Shown: positions 10,384 to 25,570, numbered from the stretch's first letter. The stretch: DNA of 64,000 nucleotides from Lama guanicoe (GCA_013239625.1 MU054338.1:6116724-6180723), one strand, 5' to 3'. Notes: generated from the letters alone by a model not told the origin. Numbers and translations: made by a program.

Positions 10384-11597
10384 AAATTACTGAGAGGAGA
10401 GCAACAGACACCCACAATCAACTCAAGATCATTTCTGTTTATATCATTTATTTCTTCCAGCCTTCTCTCTCATATATATATTGTGTGTGTGTGAAGAAAA
10501 ATATCACCATTTGTTGGTTTAAACCATTTTGTTGATGGAGATGGTTGTTACAGCAGCAATATAACCTGTCTGTCCTGACTAATGTATTTTTTAAACCCTT
10601 ATTTTGAAATAATTATAGACTCACAATAAGTTACAAAAATAGTACAGTGAGGCCCCTTGAATATTTTCCCCTAGCCTCCCCCAGTGGTAGGTAATATCTT
10701 GATAACATAACTACTTAATTAAGCCAGGAAATTGATATTAGTATAATACAATTATACATAGACTTAACTCAGATTTCATTGACCAATACCGTTTTGTAGC
10801 CCATCTCCCTGACTTTTTTCATACATAAGCCCATTCAGTATCTTCTGGGTGAACCTCAGCAGGCATCACCATTGCCTTAGTGTTGAGCCCTTTCATTCCC
10901 ACCAAAAACATGGAAATGATACCTGTTCGCATATCTTTATACCCCTAATGATTTCCTTAAGAGAAATTCCTGAGAAAAGGGCATAAGCTTTTTCAATCAT
11001 CTTGCCAAATTGCTTTTTAGAAAGCCATATCCAGGTGTAGTCATGGATACAAGGACCTGCCTTCCCACCGCCTTGCCAACACTGTGTTATCATTTAATGA
11101 ATCTTTGCTAATTTGCTAAACCAAATAATATTAAAGTATTTCATCATTGTTTTAATTTGCATTTACTTGGTGGTTAATAGGATTAACCACCTTTTTTCCC
11201 ACAGGCACTCGTATTTTCTCTCTGCGGCTCCTCTGTGAGGCTTCTGAAGAAAAACAGCAAACAGAAAGCAAACAAGCCAGCATTTCTTTTCCAGTTCCCA
11301 TCAAATCATATTAACTACATCCCCCTCGTGCTCATATTTAGCTGCAAGCTTTCATGGGTGTCATAGGAATATGCTTTGGAAACAAACATTTTAAGATTCT
11401 GTTAGGGAGGACCCACATACCTCCTCCCCCAGATTGTCAACAAAAGGCAAGAAGGGACAGGAAGGTGACATTTGAGATGAGGCTCAGGGGAAGGAGATCC
11501 GCCAGCTGAGGCATTATGGGAAGATGGGCGTGCATGTGCAAACACCTGTAAGTGTGTAAAATCTCAGTATGGCTGGGGCTTAGAAAGATATGGCTGG

Positions 11598-12135
11598 AGA
11601 CATGGAAGCAACCTCAATGTCCATCAATAGATGACTGGATAAAGAAGATGTGAGATATAGATATGATATATATATAAGATATATAGATACAATGGACTAC
11701 TACTCAGCCATAAAAATAATGAAGTAATGCCATTTGCAGCAACACGGATGGACCTGTAGATTGTCATACTAAGTGAGGTAAGTCAGCCGGAGAAAGACAA
11801 ATACCATATGATCTCATTGTATGTACAATCTTAAAAAGTGATACAAATGAACTTATATACAAAACAGAAATAGACGGTCAAAAAAAACAAACTTTTGGTT
11901 ACCAAAGGGGGAACAAGGGTGGGGAGAGATAAATTAGGAGTTTTGATTAGTAGACATAAATTTCTATATAAAGTAGATAAACAAGGTCTTATGGTATAGC
12001 ACAGGGTACTATATTCAATATTTTATAATAACTTATAATGAAAAAGAATATATATATGTATAACTGAATCAATTTGCTGTACAGCAGAAACTAACATGAC
12101 ATTGTAAATCAACTACAATTCAATTTAAAAAAAAA
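11598..12135 (+). mobile_element. L1 3' end (ORF2 tail, 3' UTR and poly(A))
   Basis: ATGGAAGCAACCTCAATGTCCATC...TACTCAGCCATAAAAA...GTAAATCAACTACAATTCAATTTAAAAAAAA. Confidence 0.88.
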
Positions 12136-12904
12136 GATTTGACCAGAGACTTACCAGACTCAGATGATCAGGGCCCCACGTGCACTCAGGAAATGGAAGA
12201 GTTTAGAAGTCTCTGGCTGCGTGGGGAGGGAGGGTGGGAGCTGGGGAATCACAGAGGAGTTTACCACGCTGGTTGAGACCAGTGGTGGCAGCAGTGGTGG
12301 ACCAGACAGGGGCCATGGATGGAGAAGAGGTGGGCAGATTGAAGAAATACTTAGAAAGGAAAATAGGCTGAGCCGGGGGACTGACTGGATGGAGGAACCT
12401 GAGGAAAAGGAATGGGGGCTGACTTAGATTTCTGGGGGCCACTGGGGCCACCTGTGAGGTGGGGACACAGAAGCAGGATCAGATGAGGCAGGAACATGAT
12501 GAGTTGGACTTTGGCTGCCTTGTAAGTGGGCAAATGCTCTGGAAAATACAAATGGCCTTGTTGAAGTAGAAATCTTTGAGACCATGACATGAACCAGAAA
12601 CCAACTATTCTGTTGAATTAAACACTTATGAGGAATCAAGGAATAGTTCAGAACCTCACCAGCTTGGAGAAGCTCCCAACTCCATCGTCTTGTCCCCTGC
12701 CCTGAAGGATAATGGCTGTTCAGGATACAGTGTGTTTGGAGTATATCCTGACAGCCCACCCTCTAAATGTTTATGTGGCAGTGACATGATCCCCAGCAAA
12801 TATCTGAGATCCTGTGTGTGTTGCTTTTCTAGACAACAATGCTCTATCTAAAAATCTTTCCATGCTAATTAGAGCCATGTCATTTGAAGAATGGTTTTAG
12901 GATG

Positions 12905-13355
12905 TTCCAGTTGCTGTAACTGCCTAAGAAACCACAGCTTAGTGGCTTAAAACAACAATTTGTTTATTCTCTTATGGTTTTTTGGTCTCAGAAGGTGGGA
13001 AGGGCTCAGCTGGGTGGGTACACATAGCTGGGGACTGGCCAGCCACCTCTTTGTCCTCAAACAGTCTTGGTGGCCTTTCAGCATAGGCTTGTCTGGGCTT
13101 CCCCACAACATGGTGGCCTCCAGGCCACTGGGCTGTTCCATGACAGTTGATGGCTTCGAAAAGGAGTGTTCCAACAAGCAAGGCGGAATCTGTGTGCGTT
13201 GTACAACCCGCCCTTTGCAGTCCCAGTTGTCATGTCCATTGTACTCCACTGGTTACCAGAGGGTCTCAAAGTCAAGGGAAGAATTCGATTCCACGTCTTA
13301 ACGGGGGAGTTGCAAGGTTCTTGAAGCGCAGGTGGGATAGATGTTGCTGTGGCTG
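12905..13355 (-). mobile_element. MaLR (MLT-type) solo LTR
   Basis: GTTGCTGTAAC...CTTAGTGGCTTAAAACAACAATTTGTTTATTCTC resembles an antisense MLT1 terminus. Confidence 0.6.
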
Positions 13356-14859
13356 TTTATCACATGTGAGGTTCCACATTATTCCTGACTGTCCCCCTCC
13401 CAGTACTGGCTGTCAGGGCACCCCTTGGGCTCCTGTCACACCCTGACCATGTGGCATTCCAGCTGTGAGGACCTGTTCACTCAAGCCTTGTGGAGGCCCT
13501 CCCTGTCTCCTTGAGGACACAAAGACCTGTGCTCCATCACTCAACCCACCACCCTTTCCAGGGGGCCATTTCACCCTCCCAGACCCTGGGCCTTTCCTCC
13601 AGGTCCAAAGCAGTTCCAGCCCCACAATCCTGGACCCAAACCTCTGTGGCCTGGGGCAAGGATCTCAGCCTCTCTGAGTCTCACTTGTGTCATCTGTGAA
13701 ATAGGAATAAAGTCCCCCACCCCTCAGGGTTGTTGGGGGAAATGGAGGAGGAAGGCACTGGCCAGCAGGCAGACAGAGAGGGGAAAGGACTGTCCAGACA
13801 CATGGGTGCTGATGGCAAAGGCCAGTGGAGGGGCGGGGGGAGATAGTAAGCAGCTGTCACCAGGAGTGACAGGAGTTCAGGCTGATGGAAGTCCCTGGTT
13901 GATCCCCTTCATTTTTTTTCTCTTAAAACTTATTTTCCTTTTCATCATCACCGTAGAAAATAAAGAAATGCCCAAAGAAGTAGAAACTTCTGTGAGCGAC
14001 TTTTCATTTCTTATCTCCCAGCGGCCTCAGAGAGTTGCAGAGAGCTGGGCAAAGTCACACAGCCTGGAGGTGGCAAGGCCAGGATTCACACACATGACCA
14101 TCCAACATGAGAGGAAGGCAAGTGGGGTTTGACCGTCATTTGTTCCAGGACTGGCTGTGCAGCCTGGGGAAATACTTACTTTCTCTGTACCTCAGTTTTC
14201 TCATCTGAAAACTGGGACTAACCACCTCAAAGTAGGCAATGAGCAAGAGGTGTGCCCACAACTTTAGCTGAGCACATAGGCACCAGAAGATAGGCTGCAT
14301 TTCTCAGCCTCCTGTGCAGCGAGGTGTGGCCATTTGACTATGTTGTGACCAGTGGGTACCTAAGACAGTGATGTGTCATTTTCCAGAGATGGTCTCTAAG
14401 GGTCGAGTGGGCTTTTCTCCTTCCTCTTTCTTCCTTGTTGACGGCTGGAATTTGGAATGGATAGATGGAGCATCAGCATCCATATTGAGCCATGAGGTGA
14501 TGCTGGACATGAGGTAGCAAATACTGAAGCAACAAGACAGAAGGAGCTGTTCTCCAACACTGTGAGGCACCAACTTTATAGACTCTGACCTGAAGAGATA
14601 TGAACTCATGGCTAATAAATCAATATTTTGGATTTTGCTGATATCCATTCACCAACAAACAATATCAGACACATTCTTTTGTCCTATTCAGATTCCACAT
14701 ATACTTTTTATCCCCCCTCAAGGGACTCATTTTTAAACTGCCCTCAGTCTGAATACAGTGAAGTCAAGGCTTTGTGAGCTGATTTTCTGTTAACATTAAA
14801 ACACATTCAAATCTATTAAAGTCAAAGCCATTCAAACAAACAAAAAATGTGAACTTTCA

Positions 14860-16410
14860 AAATGACATGAGTACCTTGGCAAATCCACTCGCTAAAAAAG
14901 TAACCACAAAACTAGAGAGTTGTCAAAAAAACAACCATTTCAGAATTCTGGAGGTTAATCAAAGGCATTAGACAAATTAAGAAGCATTTACTCAAGAAAA
15001 ATGACTGAATAGCAAGGTAAGAGCAATGGGAAGTTATGGGGTTTTTTGTTTTGTTTTGTTTTGTTTTTTGTTCTCCCAGCTCCTTTTGGCCAGGCCAAGC
15101 CATGGAATCACTGCTGGAGGGGGATGATTTGACCTGGAGCTGAGTGGTACCTCTGGCCACTGGGCAAACTGGCAACAGTAGGGATCTCAGGGTGGAATGA
15201 ATGGGGAAGGCCAAAGTCTCCTGACTAGCTGAGGTTAAGATTACCTTGTTGCAATCACCTCCTTCCAACCCTGCCCCCACCCTTCCCCCACCCCCCAGAA
15301 AAGATCCTGGTTGCAACAGACTGGTAAACGAGTCAGCAATCCCTCGGAGGACTGGAGAACGAAACAGTCGGCCCCACGTGTCCTGAGGGTCTGGAGAGCT
15401 GCATGCGTGCACCAGGCTGCACAAGAGCTGGAGGGAGCCCAATCAACCCACAAATCCCAGTAACCTGCTCAGCAGAAGGCTGTGGGCATGGGCTGAGAAA
15501 ACGCAGGCAGGATGGGCAGGGAGCAAGGCCAGGTTTGGCTTGCAAACTGCCTGAGCCTGGGCTGCTGGCACAGGACCTCACTGACTCAGGTGTTTTGAGC
15601 ACAACCTCTGAGGCCTCCCCGGCTGACCTCAAAGCGAGGCTGACCCCGGGGGAGCCAGCTTAAAAACAAAGAATTAAAAACCAACTTTCAAAAACTGAGC
15701 AGAGCTATCCACAGCTAGCAGCATCGTGGGGGAGACAGACCCTACAGAGTGAGTTCAGCAATTAGTAAAACAAACACAACAAGACCACCACCACGACAGC
15801 TCCCTGTGCTAGGGGTAAACGGGATTCAGAGTTGCTAAAAATCTATTATTTAAAATGTTCATTTTTGTTGGGAGTTCAGGATTTGCAGGTACTAACTACT
15901 ATATATAAAATAAACAACAAGTTCCTACTGTAAAACAAAAACAAAACCCTAAACCGCAAAGAACCCGCAAATATGCCAAGCAATGGCAGCGGAAGAGCCA
16001 ACCAGAGGCACATTCCTGCGTCTTCAAATTTTTCCTAAGTTTCCCTTGATTTCTGTCACTCTCTCAATTACTTTTATAATAGAAATAATACAATAAAAAG
16101 AAAAATGTATTCTAGTGACAATATTTATGTCTTCTACTCCAAAGAAAAAAATGTCCATTTAAAAACAACTGTAAGACATGCAAAGAAACAGGAAAGTGTG
16201 GTCCACCCTGAACAAAAAAGCAGTCAATAGAAAGCTTCTCTGTGGGGGTCCAGATGTCGGACTTCAAAGCAGCATTAGGAATATGTTCAAAGAACTAAAG
16301 GGAACCATGTTTGAAGAATTACAGGCAAATATGATGACAATGACTCACAAATACAAGGTTTTAATGAAGAGACAAAAACTACAGAACAGAACCCAAAGTA
16401 AGTTCTGGAC
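14860..16410 (+). mobile_element. Ancient L1 5'-UTR/ORF1 fragments
   Basis: GACATGCAAAGAAACAGGAAAGTGTG...AATATGTTCAAAGAACTAAAG is ORF1-like and similar to 63780-63960. Confidence 0.5.
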
Positions 16411-16809
16411 TTGGAAGTTCTCCCTGATCACTTGGGCTCCCACAAGGCCCTGGGCTCCTGTGTCATGGCTCTGACTGCTATGTGGCACCTGCCTGTTTAT
16501 GTGACTGTCTCCCCGACCCCACCTTGGCTGCAAGCAGGGAAGGGACTGAGCTGTTTCCTCCCTGCATGATGGGGCCGGCCTGAATGAACGATGGAGAACA
16601 GCAGTGGTGAGAGAGCCAGAGAGAGCCAGGCTGACGTGAGGCCCAGGAAAGGTGTCTTCCTTTTCCCGGGCCTCAGTGTCCCCCCACTGTGAAATGGGTG
16701 CCCTGGGATCTGGTGATGGGAGGACAAGGCCCCAGGAATGGCAAGGCCCCACATGGGCCCGCAGTGGGCATTCACACCAGGAGCCGGGAATAAGTCCACC
16801 AGAAGGCGA

Positions 16810-17283
16810 GACTTTCGTTGTTTGTTTAATTTATTACTGTTCGACATCCAGTGACATTGACATATCCTCGCTGGGCCTGCGAACCCTGGGCCCTGGCGAG
16901 TCTGACCTGTCCAATAAAATACAGTACGAGGAGTGGACGGCTACACACATGCATCCACCACTTAAAGTACAGTGATTCCAAACTGCGGCCGAAACAGTAC
17001 TGCCAGGGAAGGAAAAGAAGAGAAGGTGTCACGTGTTCCCCAATTCATAGTTTTTTTTTTTCTCGTTTTAAAGTTAATGCTGTCACAAACGCTACTGACA
17101 CCAGGACAGGGCCAGACACAAACAGTCCTACATCTTCTATGCTGTATAAATATGGAAGATTTCATTTATACACTTTTACCCCAAGTCTGAAACTACATCT
17201 GTTGCTACCCGTCCCTGCTAAGGGCTACACCGTCTCGGCTCTGGAACCAGGGGCTCGGGGTCGAGACTCTGGAATGTCGGGAC
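16810..17283 (-). other. SMARCA4: SMARCA4 3' UTR
   Basis: Lies between the TGA and the poly(A) signal; the 3' end is approximate. Confidence 0.8.
16830..16835 (-). terminator. SMARCA4: SMARCA4 polyadenylation signal AATAAA (with overlapping ATTAAA)
   Basis: Minus strand CAGTAATAAATTAAACAAAC about 450 nt after the stop codon. Confidence 0.8.
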
Positions 17284-17316
17284 TCAGTCTTCCTCGCTTC
17301 CACTTCCTGAGCGGTC
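17284..17316 (-). CDS. SMARCA4: SMARCA4 last coding exon (about exon 35), DRSGSGSEED*
   Basis: 33 nt after a ttccag acceptor, ending in TGA. Confidence 0.95.
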   Translation of the reverse strand, partial: DRSGSGSEED

Positions 17317-18465
17317 CTGGAAGGGGGACAGGAGGAGACAGTGTGAGTCAGCCCTGCCTGTGAGAGCACCCTGACTGGGGCCAACCTCACCTTTAAATGC
17401 ACTAAACCACCAATGCATGCAGTGGAACCACTTTCCCCGGGTGAGCGCGCGGTACTGGCTCCGTGAGCCTGGAGGCGGACTGGCCTTTGCCCTCTGCCCC
17501 TGCTGACCCGGCCACACCTCAATGTCTCTTTTCTCTGAGGACCTACGCCCACACTGACTCCTCCTCGGGATCTGGGAGGCTTGCTGGGCCCTCCTTGTGC
17601 TGACCCACTGCTGTCTGCCTGGCTCTGTGGCTTCAAAACCACCTTGGTTCTTCCTGACCACAGGAGATCTTCCCTCCTCTGCAGAAACACTTCACACAGC
17701 TTGGCCAGGGCCACAGAACACACTGCTGGATCCAGACCGGGCAGCTGGGGAGCTTTACAGCCCAGACCCTCCTCTCAAGGTACAAGGGCCACCCCGCATG
17801 TTCAAAACATCATCACTGTTCCCGTAAGGCCCTGTACGTCTACAGTCAGACTGACTTTGAGGCACCTGGTTTGCTATTACAAGTAGCTGAATGAGAAAAA
17901 CAGCAACAACGAAATGGTGCTTGCCAATGGTGGGAGCCGGGCCCCGGGTGATCCATGTGACCCCTGCCCTCCTTTGTAGAAGTGGAAACAGGCTCAGAAG
18001 TCAATGTACTGCCCAGGTGCCACGGCAGGGAAGGGCCAGGTGTCCTGGCCGGAGCCAGAGGGCAAAGCTTATTGAAACCCAGTAAACGGGTCTGCTCCTG
18101 CCCGACGCCTGCAAACCATCCACTGCAGGCCTGAAGCTCCTGTGGCTTCTCCCTGGGGTGCAGGGACTGCAGCCTGTGCCAGGGTTGGGGATGACCACTC
18201 ACAGCCCTGTTCACAGTGTCTGCTCCACATCATTTTTATGACTGTGGATTACGGGACTTTTGTTTTTCCCTTGTTTTTTAAAACCCACTACCATTGTTTG
18301 GAAATCCTCCTACCCAGGCCAGACCACAGCCAGCAGCAGAGGCCTGCGGGTGCACATGCGGTGGACACCGGGACAGCCTCGGCTGTGGAGGGCCCTGTGC
18401 CAAGGCGACAGGGGACGGTCTGGTGGCACCTCCAATTCAGTGCCTCCTGTCTCCATCCTAGATCA

Positions 18466-19163
<698 letters not shown>

Positions 19164-19596
19164 TCAGGTTGGGGCATCTGATGGGGGGCTGCCTGCCCAC
19201 CCAACCCAGCCGGCCCTGGCAGAGAGACAGCTCCACAATCCCTTCTCAGCCAGTGTCCCAGGGCGCACTGAGCTAGGAAGTGGTCCTGGACAAAGGTCAG
19301 GCGTGTTGGCCCAGAAAAAGCCACAGGTTCCTCCCTTCCTCTGAAGTCACAGGAGCATCCACTGTGAAAGGCTCCTACAGCTACGGTGGAGACTCACGTC
19401 CCTCACTGAAGCCAGCATTTTCCCCAAATCTATGATTGTATAATTTCTTCTCCAGGAGGCACCCGTCCCAACACTCAGGCAAATTCTGCTAGGCTGAGGC
19501 TCTGTGTGTGTGCGTGAACGTCATCATGGGACAGGAAATAGCACAGGGCTCCTTCCAAGAGTCCCCTAGTGAATTCCAAATAAATTCTGAGATCTA

Positions 19597-19923
<327 letters not shown>

Positions 19924-20063
19924 TTACCTCGGGGCCCCCTCGTGCCCAGAGACCCCAGTGCTGGCAGAGCCCCTCTGCTTAACGAGATCTCAGCCAAATC
20001 CTCAGGCTCTGTGCAGACTCGGAGGCCCAGGCCCACCGAACAGAGCCGCACAAGGCTGAGCTA

Positions 20064-20351
<288 letters not shown>

Positions 20352-23300
20352 TCACTCACAGGCCCGCCTGCTGGGGACCCCCGCCCCACCGGGCCCCCCC
20401 ACTTCATCGCCAGAGGACAGAGGGTGACAAATTCAAAGCCGACTCAGGAGTTACTTCCTGTACATGTCTGTGCTCTCTTGTGAGTTCTGGAACATTCCTG
20501 AGGGGCAGCCACGTACAGAGACACCTACAATGCATTTGAAATGAGGCTCTGAACTCAACCAACTCTCCTGGCCCACTCTGCCCTGGAGGAAACCTCATGT
20601 GCCACGTGCAGAAGCCTGCTCAGCACTCGAAAGAGGGACAGTCCTAAGTACTTACACACAAGAATCAGCTGGCTCGGGGTGGGAGCATTAAGCGCCAGCA
20701 TCTTGAGAGATCGGGTTTCCAAGCATGTCCTGTGCCTTTTGTAGGCAGCACTTAAAAGCACTGAACTTATGCCCCCTGGCAAGATGCTAACAGAAGACAA
20801 AAAGCTCTTTTCTAGTCCTCTCCACTGAGAAGGTGCTTGTTTCTCACAAGCGAGCAGAGGAGACGTGCCACCCCTGGGCCTGGCTGTGCCAGGGCTGGGA
20901 GCTCTGCAGTGACAACGTCCCGGGGCCTGACGAGGAGGGGGCGAGCGGGTTCTTCAAGAACTAAAGGATATCAACCCTGTTTCCTTCTGCTCTGTCAGCC
21001 TTGAGAACCAGGATTGTGTCGAGAGACAGAGGCCCAGACGGTGGTCCAGAGAGCTGGGGACCTAGTCACGATCCTTGCTCTGTGGGTCCCCTCTCCACAC
21101 CCAAGCACCACATACTCTGGCTGTGGTTTCATCCAGGTCCTGCTGCCAAAACATCTGCCCTGTTGCCTGGGCTCCTCAAAGTCACTTCTAGGAGAGGGTG
21201 GACTGGCTCCCGATGCTGCTGGTGGGCTGAGCGCCGTTGGCTCCTGGCAGCACTCCCCATCAGCACTGCTTAGTGCCTGGTCTTTTGAGACAATTCTCAG
21301 AGAGCAGGGCAGCCCGCCCTCACCTTCCCACTGCCCACGCCACTTGCCTGACGTCCTGAGTGCATCTTGTCCTCATTTGTGTTTACTGCTCTAAGAGACA
21401 ACAGTGACAACAAGACTGCTTTTTGGCGTTTGTCACTGAGGTGCCCCTCATGTCACAACAGCGCTAAGCTCTGCCAGGACTGCCTTTCCGAGGCTGTTGC
21501 CATCAGGATGTCCATGCATCAGTGAGGCCCCCAGCCCTCCTCCCCGACATGGGGGCCTTATGAGACGCAGGGGCTGGAATCTGGTCCTCGCACCTCACCA
21601 GCCTCAGACAACCGCCATTGTTTGGTCTTTGCTCTGGGCCAGATGCCTGACACACACATTCTCACCCAACTCTTGTTATTCCAACTGTGTTAGGAAACAG
21701 ATATGGAGCTCAGCCCGCCCTGCATTCAGCCAGGACATGGCCCCCTCTCCTTTCAGACGGCCACATCCTGCCTCATGTGGGGTCAGCTGGTCAAGATCCG
21801 GGAGCCAGGCTAGCCCCAGGCCATCATCCCCAGAGGCACCGGCTTCCTTTCCCACATGAATAGGTGAGTGGTTTGGCCACAGACAACTGGAATTTGCTTA
21901 CATGAACTCTGAAAATGAGAACAGGTTAACGAAAACACGTTGCTGGCTCTACTTTGGATAAGCAGACAGGAAGGAAGTCGACCCACCTTGCTCTGGGCTA
22001 CTCTGGTCCTAACTCAGCAGAGCCCAGACCCACACCCCCGACTCCTCAACCCGAACAGGCCCTGCTCCCCCTCGTGACCATCTAAGCCGAGAGTCCTCCT
22101 ATCTCCTCCTGACAGCGTCATCCTACACTTCCGGTCACAATGCACAGCAGTCAGTGCGTTTCCCACCCCGACCAAGACCACGTGCCTGCGAGCGTGAAGT
22201 AACAGAAGAGCCTGGGGCAGCAGTCTCCCTCACTGAGCGCAGTGGGCTCTGGTATTTCCTGTTTCACTTCTGAGAAATGCCAGCTGTGACCTACGAAATT
22301 CATCCTGCAGCCCACTAACAGGCGTGGAGGGGGTGCTGTGCACAGTGCCAGGTCCAGACTCATTGGGCCTCAGGCCCCCGGTGGCATCCACACAGGTGGT
22401 CGGATCTTGGTTGCACAGGGCCCTGCAGGGAGCTCGGGAAGCAGGATGCTAGGGCCACGATACAGAGGGAAGTTCTGTAGTATGACCCCCTCATCAACCT
22501 CCAGAAGAATGGTGCCCCTGAGGATGCCTGAAGACCCTTCTCTGGCATGACCTCCTAAGAATGCAGATGGCCGGGGACCAGCGGTACATGAGGGAGGGAC
22601 AGAGTGTGAGAACCACACGGGGCTTTTGATAGTGAAGACCTCTTGGAAAGCCCCTACCATAAGATTTAGGTTGCAAAAGTGCTGAGATACCATTTTTAAT
22701 CCTTAGAAGGTCCCTGGAGAGGCCCCCACACACCAGGGGCTGGTGTGGCCGGCTTGGGCTGAGAGCCTTCCAGGCTTGATCACCAGTCCCCCGATTGTGT
22801 CAGAGATGGACCCACCACAGCTCCCGCCCCGCTGGAATGGAGCCCAAGAGCTTCTGAGGGCTGCCTGGCCCTCCAGGATGGCCTGTCCCTGACCTCTGAC
22901 GTCAGCACCCCTCTCCTCAGGGTCACCTCAGAATCATCAAAGTGGCTGCTCCCCAAAAGAACCCCAGCTCCCGCCCTCATCTCTGCGTAAATGTCACCTC
23001 CCTGATACTGCACAATAAAAAAGATGACTGAGACGAGCCACAAAGGCAAGAATCTTCAGTGGGCTCCTGTGAGCCTCCTGACCTCCAGCACTTGGCTAAG
23101 GTTGGCTTCTTCTTGAACTTGAGGTTCTGGGACCTCACAGGGAGAGCATTAGGCCTGGTCTCCCTGAGACGCATGGCGTGGCAGCAGCTCATGTGATTCA
23201 AGACTGCCTGAGGCCCTGTTGTGGGCACACGTAGTGGTCCCCTTGTCCACCTGCTGTTGACAAGCACCCAGGATGTGTCCAGTCTGCAATGTTACAGGGA

Positions 23301-25385
23301 AGCGGCTGTGGACACTCTTGTCCAAGCACTGGGCTCAAATCTCTTAGGAAGGTACTGGGGGTGGGGTGCCTGATCCCCTGGCAGGGTGATCAGCTCTGGT
23401 AGTCACTGAGCCCATGGTCACTTCTCTGGCAGCAAATGAGCCATCCTACAACCTGGGTAGGGACCAGCATCTCCTTTGGTTCTTAATTCACTTTTTCTTG
23501 ATGAGCAGCAGGGAAGCTGGACACCTTTTCACAGGCGAACTGGTCCTCTCATGACCTCTCCCAGGCAGTACCGGTTCACCGGGGAGACCTTTGTCAGACA
23601 TGTTTACCACAAACACCTTCTCCAGTCCACGGCATGTCCTTTCTCCCTTGACGGTGTCTTTTGGTGACTGGATCTTAGTTTGGATCAAAGTCTGGCTCAT
23701 CAGTATTTCCTTTTATACTTGCTGTTTCTCCTGTCCTGTTAAAGAAATCTTTGCCTACCCTGAGGCCACAGGTATTGTACTTCCTTCTAGAAGCTTTGCT
23801 ATTTTAACCTTTACATGTTATTAGGCACGAGGCACACTGGTGAGTTTTTGTCCACAGCAGCTACCATTCTCCCCACCGTATCTCGTCTGTCTTCACCAGC
23901 CAGAACACAAGTCACGAGGGCAGAGACCTCATCGGTCTTACTTGCTCCATCTTTTGCACCAGGAACAAAGCCAGGTACACGTAGGGGCTGAAGAAACATT
24001 TTAAATGAATAAAGGGCTCAGGATGAAAGTCTCAGGGCCACAGAGCAGGGTTCAAACTCAGGTCTCACCAAGGATGTCTCTGAGCAAGGATGCCTCATCA
24101 CCCCTCATCCGCATGGTCATTTATATACCACCCTGTTCCAGAAAGGACTCTGGTGGCAAGCACCAGGAACCCCACTGCCCAGAGTGTGCCCATGGCAGCC
24201 TCCTATCTTGTGAGACTTGCTCTGAAGAAGTTTCTGCAGGCAGATTGTCTGGAACTCCTGCCCCGTGTCTGGCCACCTGGCAGTGGTGGGGACAAGAGTG
24301 AAGGAGCCTGGGAGAATCCTGAGGCTGTGAGGATGGGCCCTGTGACCCCAATTTAAACACGAGGGAAGGAAGTGCCCAGAGGGCCCTCATGCCCCCAGTC
24401 TGGGCTGTCACACTCGCAATGGAGGCCGATACGTGTGACAATGAGAATAATGGTAACGTTCTTCTCCTGCCTCTAGACGTCAGCTCCCACAGCAGGGATG
24501 TTCTTTTATCTCATTCACTGCCCTGTCCCCACCACCATGAGACATGAGAAATCGGAGGCCTCCGAGTGACTAAGGCCTTGTCTGGCACCCCCAATTCCTT
24601 CCACATCTGGCCCAGTGGTAACTTACTGAAGCAAGTTTGTGGCAACAAGTCTAACCACATGGTGGGGAAGGCCTCGTCTAGTTTTAGAAGCCCTAGTCTG
24701 TGGAGCCCAAAGAGCCCTGGTGGATCCTTATTTAACTTACCCAGATGGCATCTGCCTCCTTATGGATATGCACCCTCCTCAACGCCAACTCAGGGTTCTG
24801 GTGGGGCTGCCCACCATCAAGTCCCAACCTCTCCCTCAAGACTCAGGCAAGACCAAGCACAGCTCCTCAGCCATCTGGTCTCAATGGCTGGCCCAGGCAA
24901 AGCCCTGGGACACAAGCTAGCGAATCAGAGCTCTTCCCAGGGCCTTTCTACCAGGATCTGGGGAAGCACAGGTCAATTTCCTCTTGGGGTGTGAGGCCTT
25001 GAGGACGGTGCCCAGACCCGTGGGAGCCATACGGGAAGAAGAGAGGTGGCAGATGGCTCTGGGTCCTGAAAGCTGGTCTTCACTAACTCCTCCATGGCCT
25101 CCAAGCTGATAGAATCCCTATTCTGTCTGAGGGGCTCAGAACTGGGCTCCTAACACATAGAGCCAAAAAGACCAAATTTCACATGTCCCTTCCATGTGTC
25201 CTATAAACAAAATTACAACATGCAAAGGAGAAACAGAGTCAGAAGAGACCATCTATCGGCATTCTATTCAAACAGATGGAGAAACCAGAGAGGTTATGAC
25301 AGCTGGCCCAGACACAGAAATTGGTGGCAGGTAGGACTCCCCTAGGCTACGTCAGGGTCTCCCCTATCCTTCCCCATATGCTAAG

Positions 25386-25570
25386 CCAAGGGTCAGCAAA
25401 CCCTTTCTGTGAACAGCCAGTGTAAACATCTTAGGCTTTGCAGGTTATGCCACCTCTCACAACTACCCAACTCTGCTGTTGCAGCAAAGCAGCCACAGAT
25501 AATAGGTACATATGTACGTAAACATGGAGTTGGGCTGTGTTCCGGTAAAACCTAATTTATGAAAAATGAA
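25386..25570 (+). mobile_element. MER58-like hAT-Charlie DNA transposon
   Basis: CAAGGGTCAGCAAACCCTTTCTGTGAACAGCCAG...GGGCTGTGTTCCGGTAAAAC. Confidence 0.7.

Noticed and set aside
11461..11482. GAAGGTGACATTTGAGA, resembling the LDLR promoter spacer
   Set aside because: Short match, more consistent with a degraded L2-type repeat motif.
16913..16918. Plus-strand AATAAA inside the SMARCA4 3' UTR
   Set aside because: Wrong strand for SMARCA4, and there is no evidence of a convergent transcript.
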